Shown: positions 1 to 13,211 of the stretch, piece by piece
Position numbering within the stretch: the stretch's first letter is position 1
How the letters are laid out: the number at the start of each line of letters is the position of its first letter
Translations under genes and position numbers: made by a program
Notes under the pieces: model-generated
The model's input: the letters and a program-made list of their open reading frames with translations, nothing else
Databases searched by the model: none
What the model was told of the DNA's origin: nothing
Source of the DNA: Squalus acanthias
Lineage: Eukaryota
Length of the DNA stretch: 64,000 nucleotides
NCBI GenBank assembly: GCA_030390025.1
Contig: CM059432.1
Location: 77,068,001 to 77,132,000 of the forward strand
Direction: 5' to 3'

Positions 1-588
1 AAATCCTCATATAATGTATGTGGCCCAGAAAGCAGGTAATACATAGTTCTTTTCTCACAGACATGGGACATGGATTTATTCCATGAAGCACTCTCAGTAT
101 CAGACATGACAACTCTTTTGTCATAACTACCTGTAAGTATTCTGAAGCAGCAACCAAAAATCAAAACCAAACACTCACTCACTCATGCTCCACAATTCAC
201 TTACCAAAAAACTTTACAAGCCAAAACAAACTTGTACATACACCTCCTAAATAAAGTAGATCGAAACAAACCTCAGTAAGGCCATGCCTAATAACTCATA
301 TGTATACACTGTAACCTCTGACAGCTAAATAGCAGCTAATGACTTCATAAGAACCCTGGTGTTAAATCCCCCAGGTATTCTGGTTTGCTACTACATACTG
401 CATTGTACATCAAAAAGGACTACCATCTTGGACTAAAAACGCAAGTTTCTTTTTAAGTTTTAGTACAAAAGTTGTACACATACGTCATGCAAATGAAATA
501 TCCCATAAAACTTTGTTGCATACTGTGTTTATCCTCGTGAAGCAAGCCTATATAACTCATGACTTTGTCACTGCTAAGTTCTATATCT

Positions 589-853
589 CATAGGAACAGG
601 AATAGGCCATTCAACCCCTCAAACCAGTTCTGCCATTCAATCAGATTACAGCTTATCTGTACCTCGTTTCCATTTAACCACCTTTGCTCCGTATCCCTTG
701 ATACCCTTACATAACAAAAACGTCTATCGATTTCTGTCTTGAAAATTTCAATTGATACAGCATCTACAACCTTTCGAAGGGGGGGTTTCCAGATTTCCAC
801 TACCCATTGTGTAAATAAGTGCTTCCTGATTTCACTCCTAAATGGCCTTGCTC
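589..853 (-). mobile_element. CR1 LINE 3' fragment
   Basis: ORF 588-974 contains 'FRSEIRKHLFTQWVVEIW...VVDAVSIEIFKTEIDR', the CR1 ORF2 C-terminus. A CR1-type 3' UTR (ATGGCCTATTCCTGTTCCTATG on minus) follows. Confidence 0.85.
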
Positions 854-2369
854 CTTCATTTGTGGAATAAACAAGGTGTTTGACATGCTCCTGTGCCATA
901 TCCTCAGTATAATTCAGTCTTGGGAGCTTGATGGGTTTATAAACTGAAAGCACTCTAATGACCAGCATAATCATTAAAATAAATGAATGACAGACTTGTA
1001 ACTCTCTTCCAGATATCTGTTATTTTTATTTCCCTTCCCCATATCAAAATCAAGCAACTAGGCATATATTTGAAACCTGTAAAATTATACTTGTAAGTTT
1101 GAATTAGTTTTCATTCCATACATAACTATTGTTAGAGACTAATGAATACCTGGGAGTAAATTACAAGGGCTCAGGTGACATTAAATATGACTCAATAGTT
1201 TACAACCAACATCTGAGCCCTGAGACCACTTTACAGCCTTGAACTCAGGTTTTGTTTGCTTGTTTTTAATAATGATTTTAGTTATATTTTGGAGAGATGG
1301 GCATGGATTATTATTTGCTTTTCTAAATGCTCACAAGAGCTCCCAGCACATACAGCATCTGTCAATGTAATCCAGGGCGTTGATTCATGAGAACATTTAT
1401 GAAAGAGTATTAATGCTATGCAGCATAAACTAAACAATATTAACTAGTTGTATTCAGTGGTAGTTGACTGGGATTTAGTATACTAAGTATATATTATACT
1501 AAATTAAATGCTGGCCGGATCAAATTTTTTATCCTGAAGCAAAACTGTCAATTAATACTAATGACTGAATTTAATGTATTCATATACACATGTACATAGG
1601 AAGGTCACGGTGAGAAAAAAAGACAGCAGTGTTAGCTGCTGCTGAAACAGTCATCCCCCCTTTCCAACTTCAGCTCATAATTTAGTGTTAATGCTAGTTC
1701 CAGCAACAATTCACCAAATGCAATGTAGAACCTGATTGCATTTAATTTGCATGCAGGTGGTGAATCTCTGAAGCCACATTAAGGCTGAGCCAGGGTGGAT
1801 TAATTTCCAGTCTTTGATATTCATTAACTCTGGCTGCAGAAAAAAAACACAAGGAGATGACACAATTACCCTCAGAGCTTCACTGCAGAGCAACAGCTTC
1901 ACAATCTCAAGTTCACACCACCATATCAATTGATCAAGAAAGGGGAGAATCCTTATGAAGTGATGTGAAGCAACATACGGCTATTACAGGAATTTTTGGA
2001 ATCAATGATGCTCTGGCACAATTATCTAAACGGTGCAGCTTATTTGTTACTGACGGAGTTCTTTATTCTTTCTTTCTCTTGGTCATCAAGTGATCCATTA
2101 CCTGACAAAGCCGAGAGTTTCCTTGACTTCAAGCCAATCAATTCACAGTTTAATGTTAATCCTTTTCAAAGCAACACTACTCAATCTCATTCCCATATTC
2201 TCTATTGAGACACTAAATTCAATGACCTGCAGGTCTTCGACCACACGCTATACAAAAGACGGGAGATTTTTTCCGCAAGAAAGAGCAATAGCAACACTAG
2301 AACAAAAGGCCTGGTTGTTGCTGTATGGCTGCAGGATTGAATGAGCAGCACATGCACCACTCCACATAC

Positions 2370-2548
2370 CTCAGGATCTTCATAAACCTCTGGGTCCATG
2401 TGTAGAATTTGAGGATAAAGGGCTACCACATCCCCTTTTCTCAATTTGATTCTTTGTTCTTCCTTAAATTTTAGAGTGAAATCCTCCTGGGCAATTCGGA
2501 TGTTCATAGAGGAACTGCATAAGCGAAAGCTTTCATTTACTGCACTTC
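2370..2548 (-). CDS. CYP7B1: CYP7B1-like cytochrome P450, internal exon (probable exon 5; K-helix ExxR to DPE)
   Basis: Boundaries tttAG|GAAGTGCA...CCTGAG|GTATGT; 179 nt, phase 1 to 0. Encodes SAVNESFRLCSSSMNIRIAQEDFTL...VALYPQILHMDPEVYEDPE, typical of CYP7. Confidence 0.88.
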
Positions 2549-5500
2549 CTAAAGGCATGTGATAATAAGAATGGACAAAGGGAAAGAATGCAGAGAGAGA
2601 GAGAGAAAAAACAGTGTTACCATCATGAATTTTAGAAAGGTCCTGTCCCAGACTGTCACATCCTTTATGTCCACAGCTTAAAATTTATTTTGGAAAAATC
2701 CCTAAAATTATTAGCATGGTGAATGATACATTAGGCTGTATTGAGTACACGATTAAGAGCTGGAATTTTCTGATTTCAACACAAAAAGAGAGATGTGGTT
2801 TCCTTTCAGTAAAAATGGCAATCACAGGTTTACAGATTCTGTTACAAAACCTTTTCAATCTGAAGGCACCACCCTATCCTAGAAGGCTCCAGAAACCCAA
2901 TGTCCTTGCTATCCCAGTGGCCTTCACCTTTTGTTCCCTGCTCGACAGATTTTATGGCTAATTTCCGGCAATTTATCCTGGCAGTTTGAGGAAGAATTCC
3001 TATGGGAATAATGTGCATAATTTGCATAAATCATTCTGATAGAATGCATATCAGCATGTAGCTCCTGTCCAGGGTTGCAACACTCACATTGTAATCAAAA
3101 CTGACTTCTTTCCAACAGCATATCTAGATACTGCATTTAGCAACTTGATTCTGTCTGATCGTCACGTGAAAGCAGAAAAATTGAGTATCCGCCCATCAGA
3201 TGATACAAATTTACAAAACTCATCACCTGTGTTAAAGGGAGCAGCTTAAAGTAAGTTTCACTCACGACTTGAGCACCGTCGTGTTGTTAAAAAAGGAAGC
3301 TAAAAAAAACGGCAAGTGCTAATCTGAAGTAAACAGCAACTGTTCTTTCAGTAAACATTAAATCTGCTGCAGCGTGCACAGAAAATAAAGTGGCATGGGA
3401 TGCATTCTCGCAGGAGGTTTTTCCTTAAGCGTGCATTTGTCTAAAGGAATGAAGCTTCGGTCAGCTCTGTGTGGTCAGCGCGGTGATTCAATGTGACGTA
3501 CAGTGAGTCTGTGCATATTCTTTTGGACTGCCTTCGTTACTATAATCAGGCAGAGTCAAATCGGTTTGTTGGTGACGAAGCCAGAACAGAACTGCGGATC
3601 CAGAATGCAGCCTGGATTGCGGATTGCCACAAGGCACCTGACACGATAGATTCTAACTGGCAGTGTTCTGGCAGCGAAACTTTGTAGCGTACGAAAAAAT
3701 GTCTACCCCCTACCCTCATGCTGTGCGCAGCCACAAGAAAGACATTGTGTATAAACCATTTTAGTATGTGCTTGGGAAATGATAGATGACATGTGAAACA
3801 TTACTGTTTGCCTAAGAAATCAGATGAAACAAATAAAAATCTCATGACTGCAGCACACAACTGTGAAATGGTAGTGTAGTAGTTATCGTACAAGCAACAT
3901 GGTCACATTCCATTGGTTGACATTCTCTCTGGCAGCATGGCAGTCAGTGCCTGATGTAGTATCACAAATGACAATTGGGCAAGCATATCTTATGCAGAAG
4001 TTAATCACGATAATGGAGCACAAAGTGTGTCTTTGTGGTCAGATCGTAAATGACAAATCTGTTTTACCTTACAGTACCAGCTACATGTGGGAGGTTAGGC
4101 TGCTTTGGCTTTGAGCAATCATGATGATAATTATTAAATGACAAAAGTAATGAGTCAGATTATGATCAGCAAGGGAGAAACACAGGCCTATGGGGTTTGA
4201 GCTGACAAATTAAAAGACACACATTTCCACAAAACACAGAAAGCCTGCAACAGATACCCAAAAATAAAAATAAAATGCAGAAAATCTCATCAATCTAAAC
4301 AACCTGCTTACAATTTCTTGCACGCATTTAACATATATCAGAAGCAGCCATCCAATGCTACAGACAGATCAGCTGGTAGCTTGGGAGGTCTTCTATTCAG
4401 TACCAAGAGGTACAGTAAATTATCCAGTGCAGTAGAGCAACATCTGCTTCTGTGCTAGTACCGAACAAACAAGGCAATTTGAAGCCGACCACGGGATAAC
4501 CAGGCAGCGAGTGAATACAACCCTTAGCTTTCCCAAACACATTGGAGACTAAACTGCAGGGTGCATGTTCAGGTTAGAGGAAATATTCACAACCCCTCTG
4601 AAAACACACTACATTGTCAGTATCAGTAAAAGGTTTCCTATTTTTTCTTGAATGGATATGTGTATTATGTTACGGTTGCAGGTCTAGTCTTGTATATTAA
4701 TATTTTCATTTAGCTTAGTTTTAAAGTGAAAGTTTAAATCATATCTACAATCTATGTACAATCTTGATAGAAGTCAATTTATAGCAATGCCCTAATGCAT
4801 TCAAATCGCAACCAAGTTTGTTCCTTACATAGTAAGTAATGGTATAATTTCTCTGCTTTATGCAAGACTGGTTATATACTACTGTTCTGTTTGTCTTGGT
4901 CTATTGCACATAGCAGGATTCAACTGTTTTTAAAAAGCTATGAGACAATAATCAACGTGCAAATACTTTCTTCTGATCTTCATGAAATTAATGCCTTTTT
5001 TGAAAAACTGAGAAATGATGCAAGTTACAGCAGTGAAACTAACTGATTTGAGTCTGTATTGCCACCATTGATAGGCAGACAAACTAGGCTAAAATGAAGC
5101 TGTCAGCTTGAAATACAACATGGTGATTAGATACCCAATCACCAATCAGATCCTGCAACAAAGGGTTGCAAAAAGCCTAAAGGTCATTATCAACCACTTT
5201 TATATTCAACACCTGACTTAAGACTTAGAAAGAGCAAGAAGAATGGCCCGTGCAATGGGATTCATTAAAACTGAACAATAAATGATTAATGACTAACTGG
5301 AAATACTACAGTAGTCGATCCCCATTGTTGTTGTTTTCAATTTGTCAGCCAATAAACTGACAATAAAAGAAGTGACAATAAGCAGGATTCGATCCAGGAT
5401 AATGAAGATTTCCTTAAAGAAAAATTAAAAAATGAATTGTTGTGCAATAAAACCACAATCAAAATAATTCCATCACTCTGTTGTATAAATTACATTGAGA

Positions 5501-6599
5501 TTTTCAGTAAGTTGCTTATTCAGAAAAAAAATTCACACCTACTCTTTGAGTAGTGTGAGGAGAAACTGATATTACAGTATGCTTGTTTTGAGAATACTGG
5601 ATAGCACAAAAGAACATTGATACATTATCAGATCAATAACTAATTCTGATCTATTGAAACTAACTGCAACCTTACAAAGTGTGAGTAAAAGAGGTGAGTG
5701 CACCCATTACAGATTGATTTGAAAGGTAGGTCTGGTTTTACATTGAGAAGTCTATCCCAGGGTATTTTGTAGCTAATGTCTGTTCATGGAAATTAGCATG
5801 CTGCGATTGGTGCCTTTTCCACCAGGTCTACCATTTCCACATCAATTTTCAAGGACCACTCACAAAGCTGCCTTTAAGGTTTAAGTGATGCATTATAAAA
5901 TGGATATTTTATATGGGCTCTTGATTAATAAGGTAGTCACAAACAATGTACATAAATCAGCAGTTGTGGCACTATAGATCAGGAAAGACTATAAACAGGG
6001 GCAAGATCTCCTCATATAATTAGTATTTTCTACTTACATGACTACCATACTGCCTCAGTGAAGTATAACTGAAAAAAAAACATTCACCACTAGGTTTTCT
6101 TATCCTCTAATCCATGCACTGATCCTTTTGTTTTACCCATTCTAAAGAAAGTATGAAAAACCCCCAAAACTATTTGTGAATAGTGGGCCACTTGTCAATC
6201 ATGATGATGTCAACGATGCCTGATGTCACTGTGCAGCATGTTAGTGAAGCAGCTGCCTAAATGGTGGCTGACAGATTGGCATTGTGATTGACAGGAGAGC
6301 CAGAGTTTACAAATAGTTTTTGGCGTGTGTCAAAAATCAGACTACTGTTACTTTTGTTTAAAATATCTAAATGATGGGTTTTAAAGGATGGATTTTCTCC
6401 TTGGAGAAACATCCTGTGGGTGTGGACTTTTAAAACTCAGCATTTAAAATATTGCAGCTATGGGACACCACAGCTTTAATTAGGAGAAAATTAATTAGAA
6501 GCAAGCCCTGTAGAAAAGTGTCTTCTGGAGCATAAAGTATTCTTGTAGCAAAGGACAACTTAAAGAATGTTTCACGTGGCTTTCATGAAGTTACTCACA

Positions 6600-7008
6600 T
6601 AAAAAAAATTACATTTATATAACATCTTATGACATCACATCCAATTAACTACTTTTTGAGGTGGATCACTGTCATGCAGATAAATGTAGTGGTAATTTGC
6701 ATAAAGCAAGATCCCACAAATCGCAAATGCGTTGAATAACCAGTTAATCTATTTCTGGTGAAGGGAGGAACATTGCTAGAACACCCTACTCTTCTTGAAA
6801 TGGTGCCATGGGATCCTTTATATCCACCTAAACCAGCAGACAGGGCATCAGTTTAATATCTCAACCAAAGGACAGCAGCTTTGACAATGCAGTACTGCAC
6901 TGAAGTGTCAACTTAGATTTGTTTAAGTTTTGGAGTGGGGTTTGAACCCACAAGCTTCTGACTCAGAGACCATAGTGCTACCAGATGAGCCAGACTGACA
7001 CTTAGCCA
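6600..7008 (-). mobile_element. tRNA-derived Deu-domain SINE (SacSINE1/AmnSINE-like), degenerate
   Basis: Minus strand has a tRNA-like head with B box (GGGTTCAAACCCC), a Deu-like core (AGGTGGATATAAAGGATCCCATGGCAC) and a TTTGTGGGATCTTGCT tail. It matches the copy at 51013-51800. Confidence 0.75.
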
Positions 7009-8248
7009 CATACATAAAGGACATGAGGAAATGTTACATTGATAGGTTACTGTACTTAGTAACCCTGCAATGTCATAATTTTCAGAAGTCAGCCTCCATT
7101 TCAATGCCTCTTGAGCATCCCAATTCTAAAATGCTGGGCATTTGAAATTACACTGCTTCCTGAAGCAGACTAGAAGCTAATGTCAAATAAGGTGTGATTG
7201 CTGTTCTCAAATGAGATCATGCATTTCCTCAGAGGATTTTTTTTCCGTTTTGCTGACTCCCAAGATTAAAAGGATCATATGTCTTCATTTCTCATCCCAA
7301 AATGGATGTCAAATCCAATATAGAGATTTAACACATTGTGTACTGGATGCTTTTAGTTAAGGTGGGGTTTATTGTACGTGGAATCAAGTTCTTTTTTCAA
7401 AGTATTATAACCATCATGCCAAAAGGTGAACAATCATAAGAGTGAGGAGGCATGTTCTTTAATAGTGGAGCCACCAAAACACAGGTGAAACAGTGAGCGA
7501 GGGAGTAGGCTTTGCGGACACTATTTTTCCGTAAGATTCAGAACATTCACTCGCTTTCATGATGTTTCTGAAGTATCAAATTCCTAAGATTGATTACTTT
7601 GAGAAAGACTTTCTTTGCCATAAATTTGGGCAATATTTAAAAGAGGAAATCACAAAACATTCCCATCTTTTATTCAGGGCTCAACTGATTGAACTTTAGG
7701 CAGCAGTATATAGTGAGGGACTTTGGACCTGGAATGTTATTGAATAATTTTGCCTTATAAAAACAGCAAGATGAATATACCACAAGAACAGCATGAACAC
7801 CAGAAGCAGCTAGATTACTACATGCATAGCATGTCAGGCCCTTTAAAATTTGATTTAAAATAATTAAACATTTAAAGAGCAGCCGTAGTTCTCCATCAGA
7901 AAGAAAAGCTCACCCAGTTACATGATGGAGATATTGTCCTTAATTGTTGAGGGTAAATTCTGCGATCCCGCACTCCCAGCATTGGGCTGGGCTCAAAAAG
8001 AGCACGGGTTGAAGAATTAGGGCCTACAATACTAGAGCCCTAGTTCTGCCTTGCATTCTCTGGGAAAGCAGAATCACTGAATTTATCGACGAATGTTTAG
8101 AAGTAATCAAGCTATCTGTATTGTATATAAGGAAGTGCATAATCTATAATTGATTAAAGTGGGCATTTAATGTGTCCTCCACATTTTTCAAAACAGGGAT
8201 AACAGAACTGTACATGCCCTTTCCTGGTTGCATGTTAAAATGACTTAC

Positions 8249-8455
8249 CTAGGGTCACCATGCTGTTTAAATCTTCTTTGCTGAGACTGATATTGAAGTC
8301 AGGGCCCGGTCTTTGACCTGCTGCTTGTAACACATGGTCAATTTCATCATGCACGGCTGCAAGGGCTTCTGGGTTCTTCACTAGATAATACAGGGCCCAG
8401 AATACAGCTGGAACTGTGTTTGCGAGAGCAGCCCACAGGAAGGTAAAATGATGTG
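8249..8455 (-). CDS. CYP7B1: CYP7B1-like cytochrome P450, internal exon (probable exon 4; I-helix)
   Basis: Boundaries cgcAG|CACATCAT...CTAG|GTAAGT; 207 nt, phase 1 to 1. Encodes AHHFTFLWAALANTVPAVFWALYYLVKNPEALAAVHDEIDHVLQ, the CYP7 I-helix (WA..ANT.PA.FW). Confidence 0.92.
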
Positions 8456-8911
8456 CTGCGAGAAAATAAGTGAAAAGGAAGATTAATAGCATTTATTACA
8501 CTGATTAGATTTGCAGTGCGCTAATTAAAAGATGTTAGGACAAAGACCCAGCCAAGGATCAGTGAATGCTAATGAGGACCAATAGGCTTCTGAAGTCTAA
8601 TTTTCTGCTTAATGAGGACAGTTTCAAAGTAATGTTACATGGAAGGGGGGGGGAATAAATGTGGCTCCGTTAAATCTGCCTCATTATCAGCAAGAAGTGC
8701 CTTGTTTTACCACATCAGCAAAAAGTTGAATTCAATTATCTCCGAAGGCTTTCGCAGGGTGAAAATATTACAATATCGGCTACTTCCAAAGATTATAAAA
8801 ACATTCAAGGTCACACAATTGTCTTCCTCTAAACGTAACAGTTCAATATTTTTGTGCTTTAGCCCAAAATTAAGCTATCTTTATAATACGATTTTTTGTG
8901 TCTGTCATGAA

Positions 8912-9626
8912 TGTTGGGTAGGTCATGTACATCAGGCTTCTTATTCCTCCGCATTGTTTAACTATTTGAGTCATAAAAAGCTGGATGGGTTCCATTAGGA
9001 ATGTGCACTCCTCTTCTCCTGATTTCCCTGTACTCCGTGTGCACAGGTGATCCAATAGACCCAGGCGCAAGAACAGGAAATTCTGCCCCAAAATTTAAAT
9101 ATACCAAACGTAAAATCACCCCAAAACTTCACAAATGTAAACTTTTTTCCAACAACTTTCCCTCTTCTAGAAACAGCACGACACACCTCACTGCCTCTAA
9201 ACATCTTTTCCCCATAGTTCATGATTTCCACCTGGGCAGCTGACTAATCAGGCTCGAAAAAGTACAAAAGCATAGCAAATTATGACACAGCTGTGGAATG
9301 GAGATGAGGAATTGGTAACTAAAATAATGAGAGAGGGAGAGCAGGGCAGAGAAAGGTTTTCATGTAGAGGGAGTTAGCTGGGAGGACAGCAAGAGCACCA
9401 CCCACCAGCATCAGCAATTAGAGGGGAGAGCCCAATCCCTTTAAATCCATGAGCAATGCCACGGGAGATCAAGTATATATATTAAAAAGGTAATCAAACA
9501 TTCTTTTCCTTCTCTCTCAGGGAAATCAGAAGAGGAGTGCACATCCCTAATGGAACTCATCCAGCTTTTTATGACTCAAATAGTTAAACAAGAAGACGAA
9601 ACCTGATGTACATGAGCTACCCAACA
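8912..9626. mobile_element. Non-autonomous element with ~110-bp terminal inverted repeats
   Basis: 8912-9030 (TGTTGGGTAG...GATTTCCCTG) is the imperfect reverse complement of 9518-9626 (CAGGGAAATC...CTACCCAACA). Ends are TGT...ACA, with no clear TSD. Confidence 0.7.
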
Positions 9627-9751
9627 ACTCTACTCTCTCAGGCAATTTTAAAATACCTTGAATGAATTCAATTCACAGAGAAATACACAAATACACTAAA
9701 TTCATTTAAAAAATAGTACTGAATGAAATTACAATGTACGAACTACAATAA

Positions 9752-10320
9752 AGCCCCAATTTTAACCTGGGGAGGGTTCAGGGTGGCGGTTGGGGGGTGC
9801 GGGTGAGTACCATTGGCAGGTGTCGCTCTCACAGGCCATTTTAACTCCTGGGCCTCATTTTATTAATTCAGAACTGTCTCCCGGAACCCAAGGGAACAGT
9901 CCCTGACATAAGGTAGGTGCTGGAAGGCACATTGCAGAGCCGATGCTGGTCGGAGAGAGAGAAGCAAGATCACAACAGTGGTGGCCCAAGGATTGCTTGC
10001 AGGACCCAGAGGATCATTCCTACTCCTCCTGGCCTGCAAGGGATCCTTCCAAAAATTAAAAAAATGAACTTACCTTGGTCTCTTCTGGCCACACTGCTTC
10101 CTCACGCCAGGTTTCACTGGAGGTTTTGGCGGTGGGCTGGCCTCCAGTTGTTACATTTTAATTAGGCCCCTGCCTGCTTGTGACGAGTGGCCTCCATGCT
10201 TCTTGAACCCCAGCAGTGAAAATAGCAGTGGGTGCGAACGTGTCAGGAAAGCAGCATGAATCCCCCAACCGCCATTTTAGCCACCCGTTTGCAACCTACA
10301 TGCCGGGTTAAAGTCAGGCC
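9752..10320. mobile_element. Degenerate Harbinger-type MITE
   Basis: GC-richer block with imperfect inverted ends (AGCCCCAATTTTAACC / GGTTAAAGTCAGGCC), flanked by TAA and TTA. Confidence 0.4.
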
Positions 10321-10758
10321 TTATATTTGTGTGGACTTTGCATAAACAAAAATGGGGTAGACAGATTTTATGCTAATCATCATGAGTGATGTCAGTACTG
10401 GGGAAGTGAATATTTTTGCTGGGTACAGCTTCCTGTGCGCTATCCAAACAATAATGTGTGCTGTTCAGTCCATGAGGATTAATTTCAATCAGCACCCATC
10501 ATTTCTGAGAGAGGCAACATTAGTCTCGGAGGGGGGATTCAAAGCTAGGCCTCAGTGGTGAAGGGCTAGCATTCAGTCTTACTGTGACACCCATTCCAAC
10601 AAAATGTGAAACTTTCAATCTTGTTGTGTATGTGTAAGTTTTTCAATATGGCCTGATAGGCTAGCAGAATGAGATTGCATTCATTTTGTAATTTTTTTTT
10701 TTAATAGTTTGGTGAAAGATTGTTTTTATACAACTATGCATATTCATTTTGACCTTAC

Positions 10759-11352
10759 CTGCTCTTTGATGATCTTGAAGATATGAATAGCACTCAAGAA
10801 AGTCTTTCCTCACTTCGATTATTTTTGCTATATTTAGCCGTTGATCCAATTCTCTAGACGCGAAATAACTGATCAGTTCTTTCCGAATCATTTTGGTGTT
10901 GCCCAGAAGTTCAATGGGGATGCTCGCAGCAAGATAGGGAAACATTCTGTCAAACTTAATAAATTTCTCTTTTAACTCAGTGATTTGTTTTCGTTCATTC
11001 TTGGGAGCTTTTCCATACAGAGATACATAAGTGGTTTCAATTATGATACGAGAACAGAAATCATACATACTGTCTATTCTCCACTCTGTTGTCCCCACCT
11101 GTTCCTGCTTCAGTAAATTCAGAAGATTCTTCATCACACTTTCATTCAAAATATTTAATTCATCGCCCTGTAGGCAGGAGTAGAGCTTGTGGATCTCTTC
11201 ATTGGATACTGGTATTTTGGGATCATTTAGAGGAGGGTGGCCAAAAATGTTTGCTGACAGCCTCAAGGAAAACTCTTGGAAGTCTAATTGCTTGCTGTTC
11301 TGAACCACAGACTGATAAAGGAATGGATTTAAAATAAAGGTAAAGTACCGGC
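10759..11352 (-). CDS. CYP7B1: CYP7B1-like cytochrome P450, internal exon (probable exon 3)
   Basis: Boundaries tgtAG|GCCGGTAC...GCAG|GTAAGG; 594 nt, phase 1 to 1, open throughout. Encodes GRYFTFILNPFLYQSVVQNSKQLDFQEF...FIKFDRMFPYLAASIPIELLG...DHQRA. Confidence 0.92.
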
Positions 11353-11512
11353 CTACAAGAAATAAAAAAAATGTAAGAAGCATAATAGAGCATTAGGGGA
11401 AACCTCTTTCGTCTAAATATATCACTTTCAATTCTATCATATAAAGAGAATGCAAAATTGTAAATATGCAGATTTGTTGACTACATTGTATCTTGAGCTG
11501 CCGGATTTGACA

Positions 11513-11852
11513 CCCCACCGCGCCCGCGCCCCCCACCCCCACCACCCATCCCCCCCCACCACCCATCCACCCCAACAACCCCAATCCCCCACCACCATCC
11601 CCACCCACCCCCCCACATCCCCCACCCCCACCACCCATCCCCCCCCACCACCCATCCCCCCACCACCCCCACCCCAACAACCCCAATCCCCCACCACCAT
11701 CCCCACCCACCCCCCCACCCACCCCCCCACATCCCCACCCACCCCCCCACATCCCCCACCCACCCCCCCACATCCCCCACCCACCCCCCCACATCCCCAC
11801 CCACCCCCCCCACATCCCCCACCCACCCCCCCCCACCACTCCACACCCACCC
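11513..11852. repeat. C-rich (G-rich on minus) low-complexity tandem repeat
   Basis: Repeated CCACCCACCCCCCCACATCCC-like ~21-bp units, plus a duplicated CCCAACAACCCCAATCCCCCACCACCATCC block. Confidence 0.9.
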
Positions 11853-12488
11853 AACGATCCGCAAAATGCCCATTAGCAGCTCACCTCGCAAATTTTAACA
11901 ACCATCAAAATGGTTTGCGTGTCATGCTGGTGATATTGGGCGAGCATCCCACACGCTCTGCCAACCGCGTGCCCGATGTGTGCTACACATCAAAACTGCA
12001 TCCATTGTAACGCATGTGGCCTGTAAACTGCAGCTTATTTTTGATCTAATCTATATCGGGTCTTTTCAGATCATCAGCATCAGCAGCACTATTAAGACAT
12101 CATCACTTCTCTCTAAACCAGATGAACAAGTAGATTAAACTAGATTGGGGGAGAGGCAACTTGTGAGTGGCAGTTTACAGAAAGACCTGCGCTCAGTCTA
12201 TCAGGCAGTAATTAAACAACTTCTGGTTGTTTCGAGTTGTTGGTGATATTTGTTCTGAATTCATTCTTTTGTCAATTACTGAAAAGTCTTAAGAAGCACA
12301 ATATCTCCATATTCCACATTCACAATAGGATGAGAAAAGAATTACAGATTTCATTGCCAACAGACCAGTAGAGAGATTCAAAAAGCTGCAAGTAACCTTT
12401 GTAGATTCCTAGGAGTAGCATCTTTAAATTCTGATCGAATACCATTAAAGCTATCTACTGTACTAAGATGGTTACCTAAATAGACATG

Positions 12489-13211
12489 GGGCTGAAATTC
12501 CTCTGGTGTTTTGCCAGTCTCCCACTGTAATTCCAGCAGGACACCAGCAGAATCCCTCAGAATATGGCAGAGACCTAGTTACCTGTTAAGGATGTAGCCT
12601 CCACCTGCCCGTACAATGCAAATGTCATAGGAGGGCAGAGCCAAGGTCAGGGACTCCCTATAACGGGGGTTTCTGCTAGCCTGGTTCAGTCGGGAGCCGG
12701 TGTATCTGTGGATGCCGATATGCCAAGTGAATCGAGATGCACCGGCCTCCAGTTGGGCAAATGTGGGCCCCACCTGTGGAGTCCAGGAGAGGGAAGTTTT
12801 CCTGAACCCCGAAGAAAAAAAAAGCTTTTCTTAAAAGTTTTTAAATGTCCCGCCCCCTTATACGGGGGTGAAGGAGGACATGGTTGGAGCCCAGGCAAGC
12901 CCCCTTATACGGGGGTGAAGGAGGACATGGTTGGAGCCCAGGCAAGCCCCCTTATACGGGGGTGAAGGAGGACATGGTTGGAGCCCAGGCAAGCCTTTCC
13001 TCCCATGACAGGCAGACACATGATTTTCTGGTCACATGGGGAAGGTGGACCCTGGAGAGGTGCCTGAAACAGCGGTTATGTCTGCCTACCCCATGCAAAT
13101 GAGGTGCTCTCCCACTGTCCCTACAAAGTCCAGTGGGGTCAGCTCTGGAGCGCACTGGTGGCTGTGATGACGGTGTAGCACCTGGGATCATGAACCACGG
13201 AATTTTGGCCC
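12489..13211. mobile_element. Harbinger-type MITE containing a 47-bp tandem triplication
   Basis: Inverted ends GGGCTGAAATTCC / GGAATTTTGGCCC. TSD not clean. Confidence 0.6.
12852..12995. repeat. 47-bp tandem repeat, 3 identical copies
   Basis: GCCCCCTTATACGGGGGTGAAGGAGGACATGGTTGGAGCCCAGGCAA at 12852, 12899 and 12946. Confidence 0.95.

Noticed and set aside
1..2369. Final CYP7 exon with the heme-binding FGxGxxxCPGR motif
   Set aside because: Not recognised on the minus strand. Presumed to lie left of the window.
11393..12010. Gly/Trp- and Pro-rich ORFs of 136-186 aa
   Set aside because: Translations of the C/G-rich repeat. Open in several frames on both strands, with no splice or domain support.
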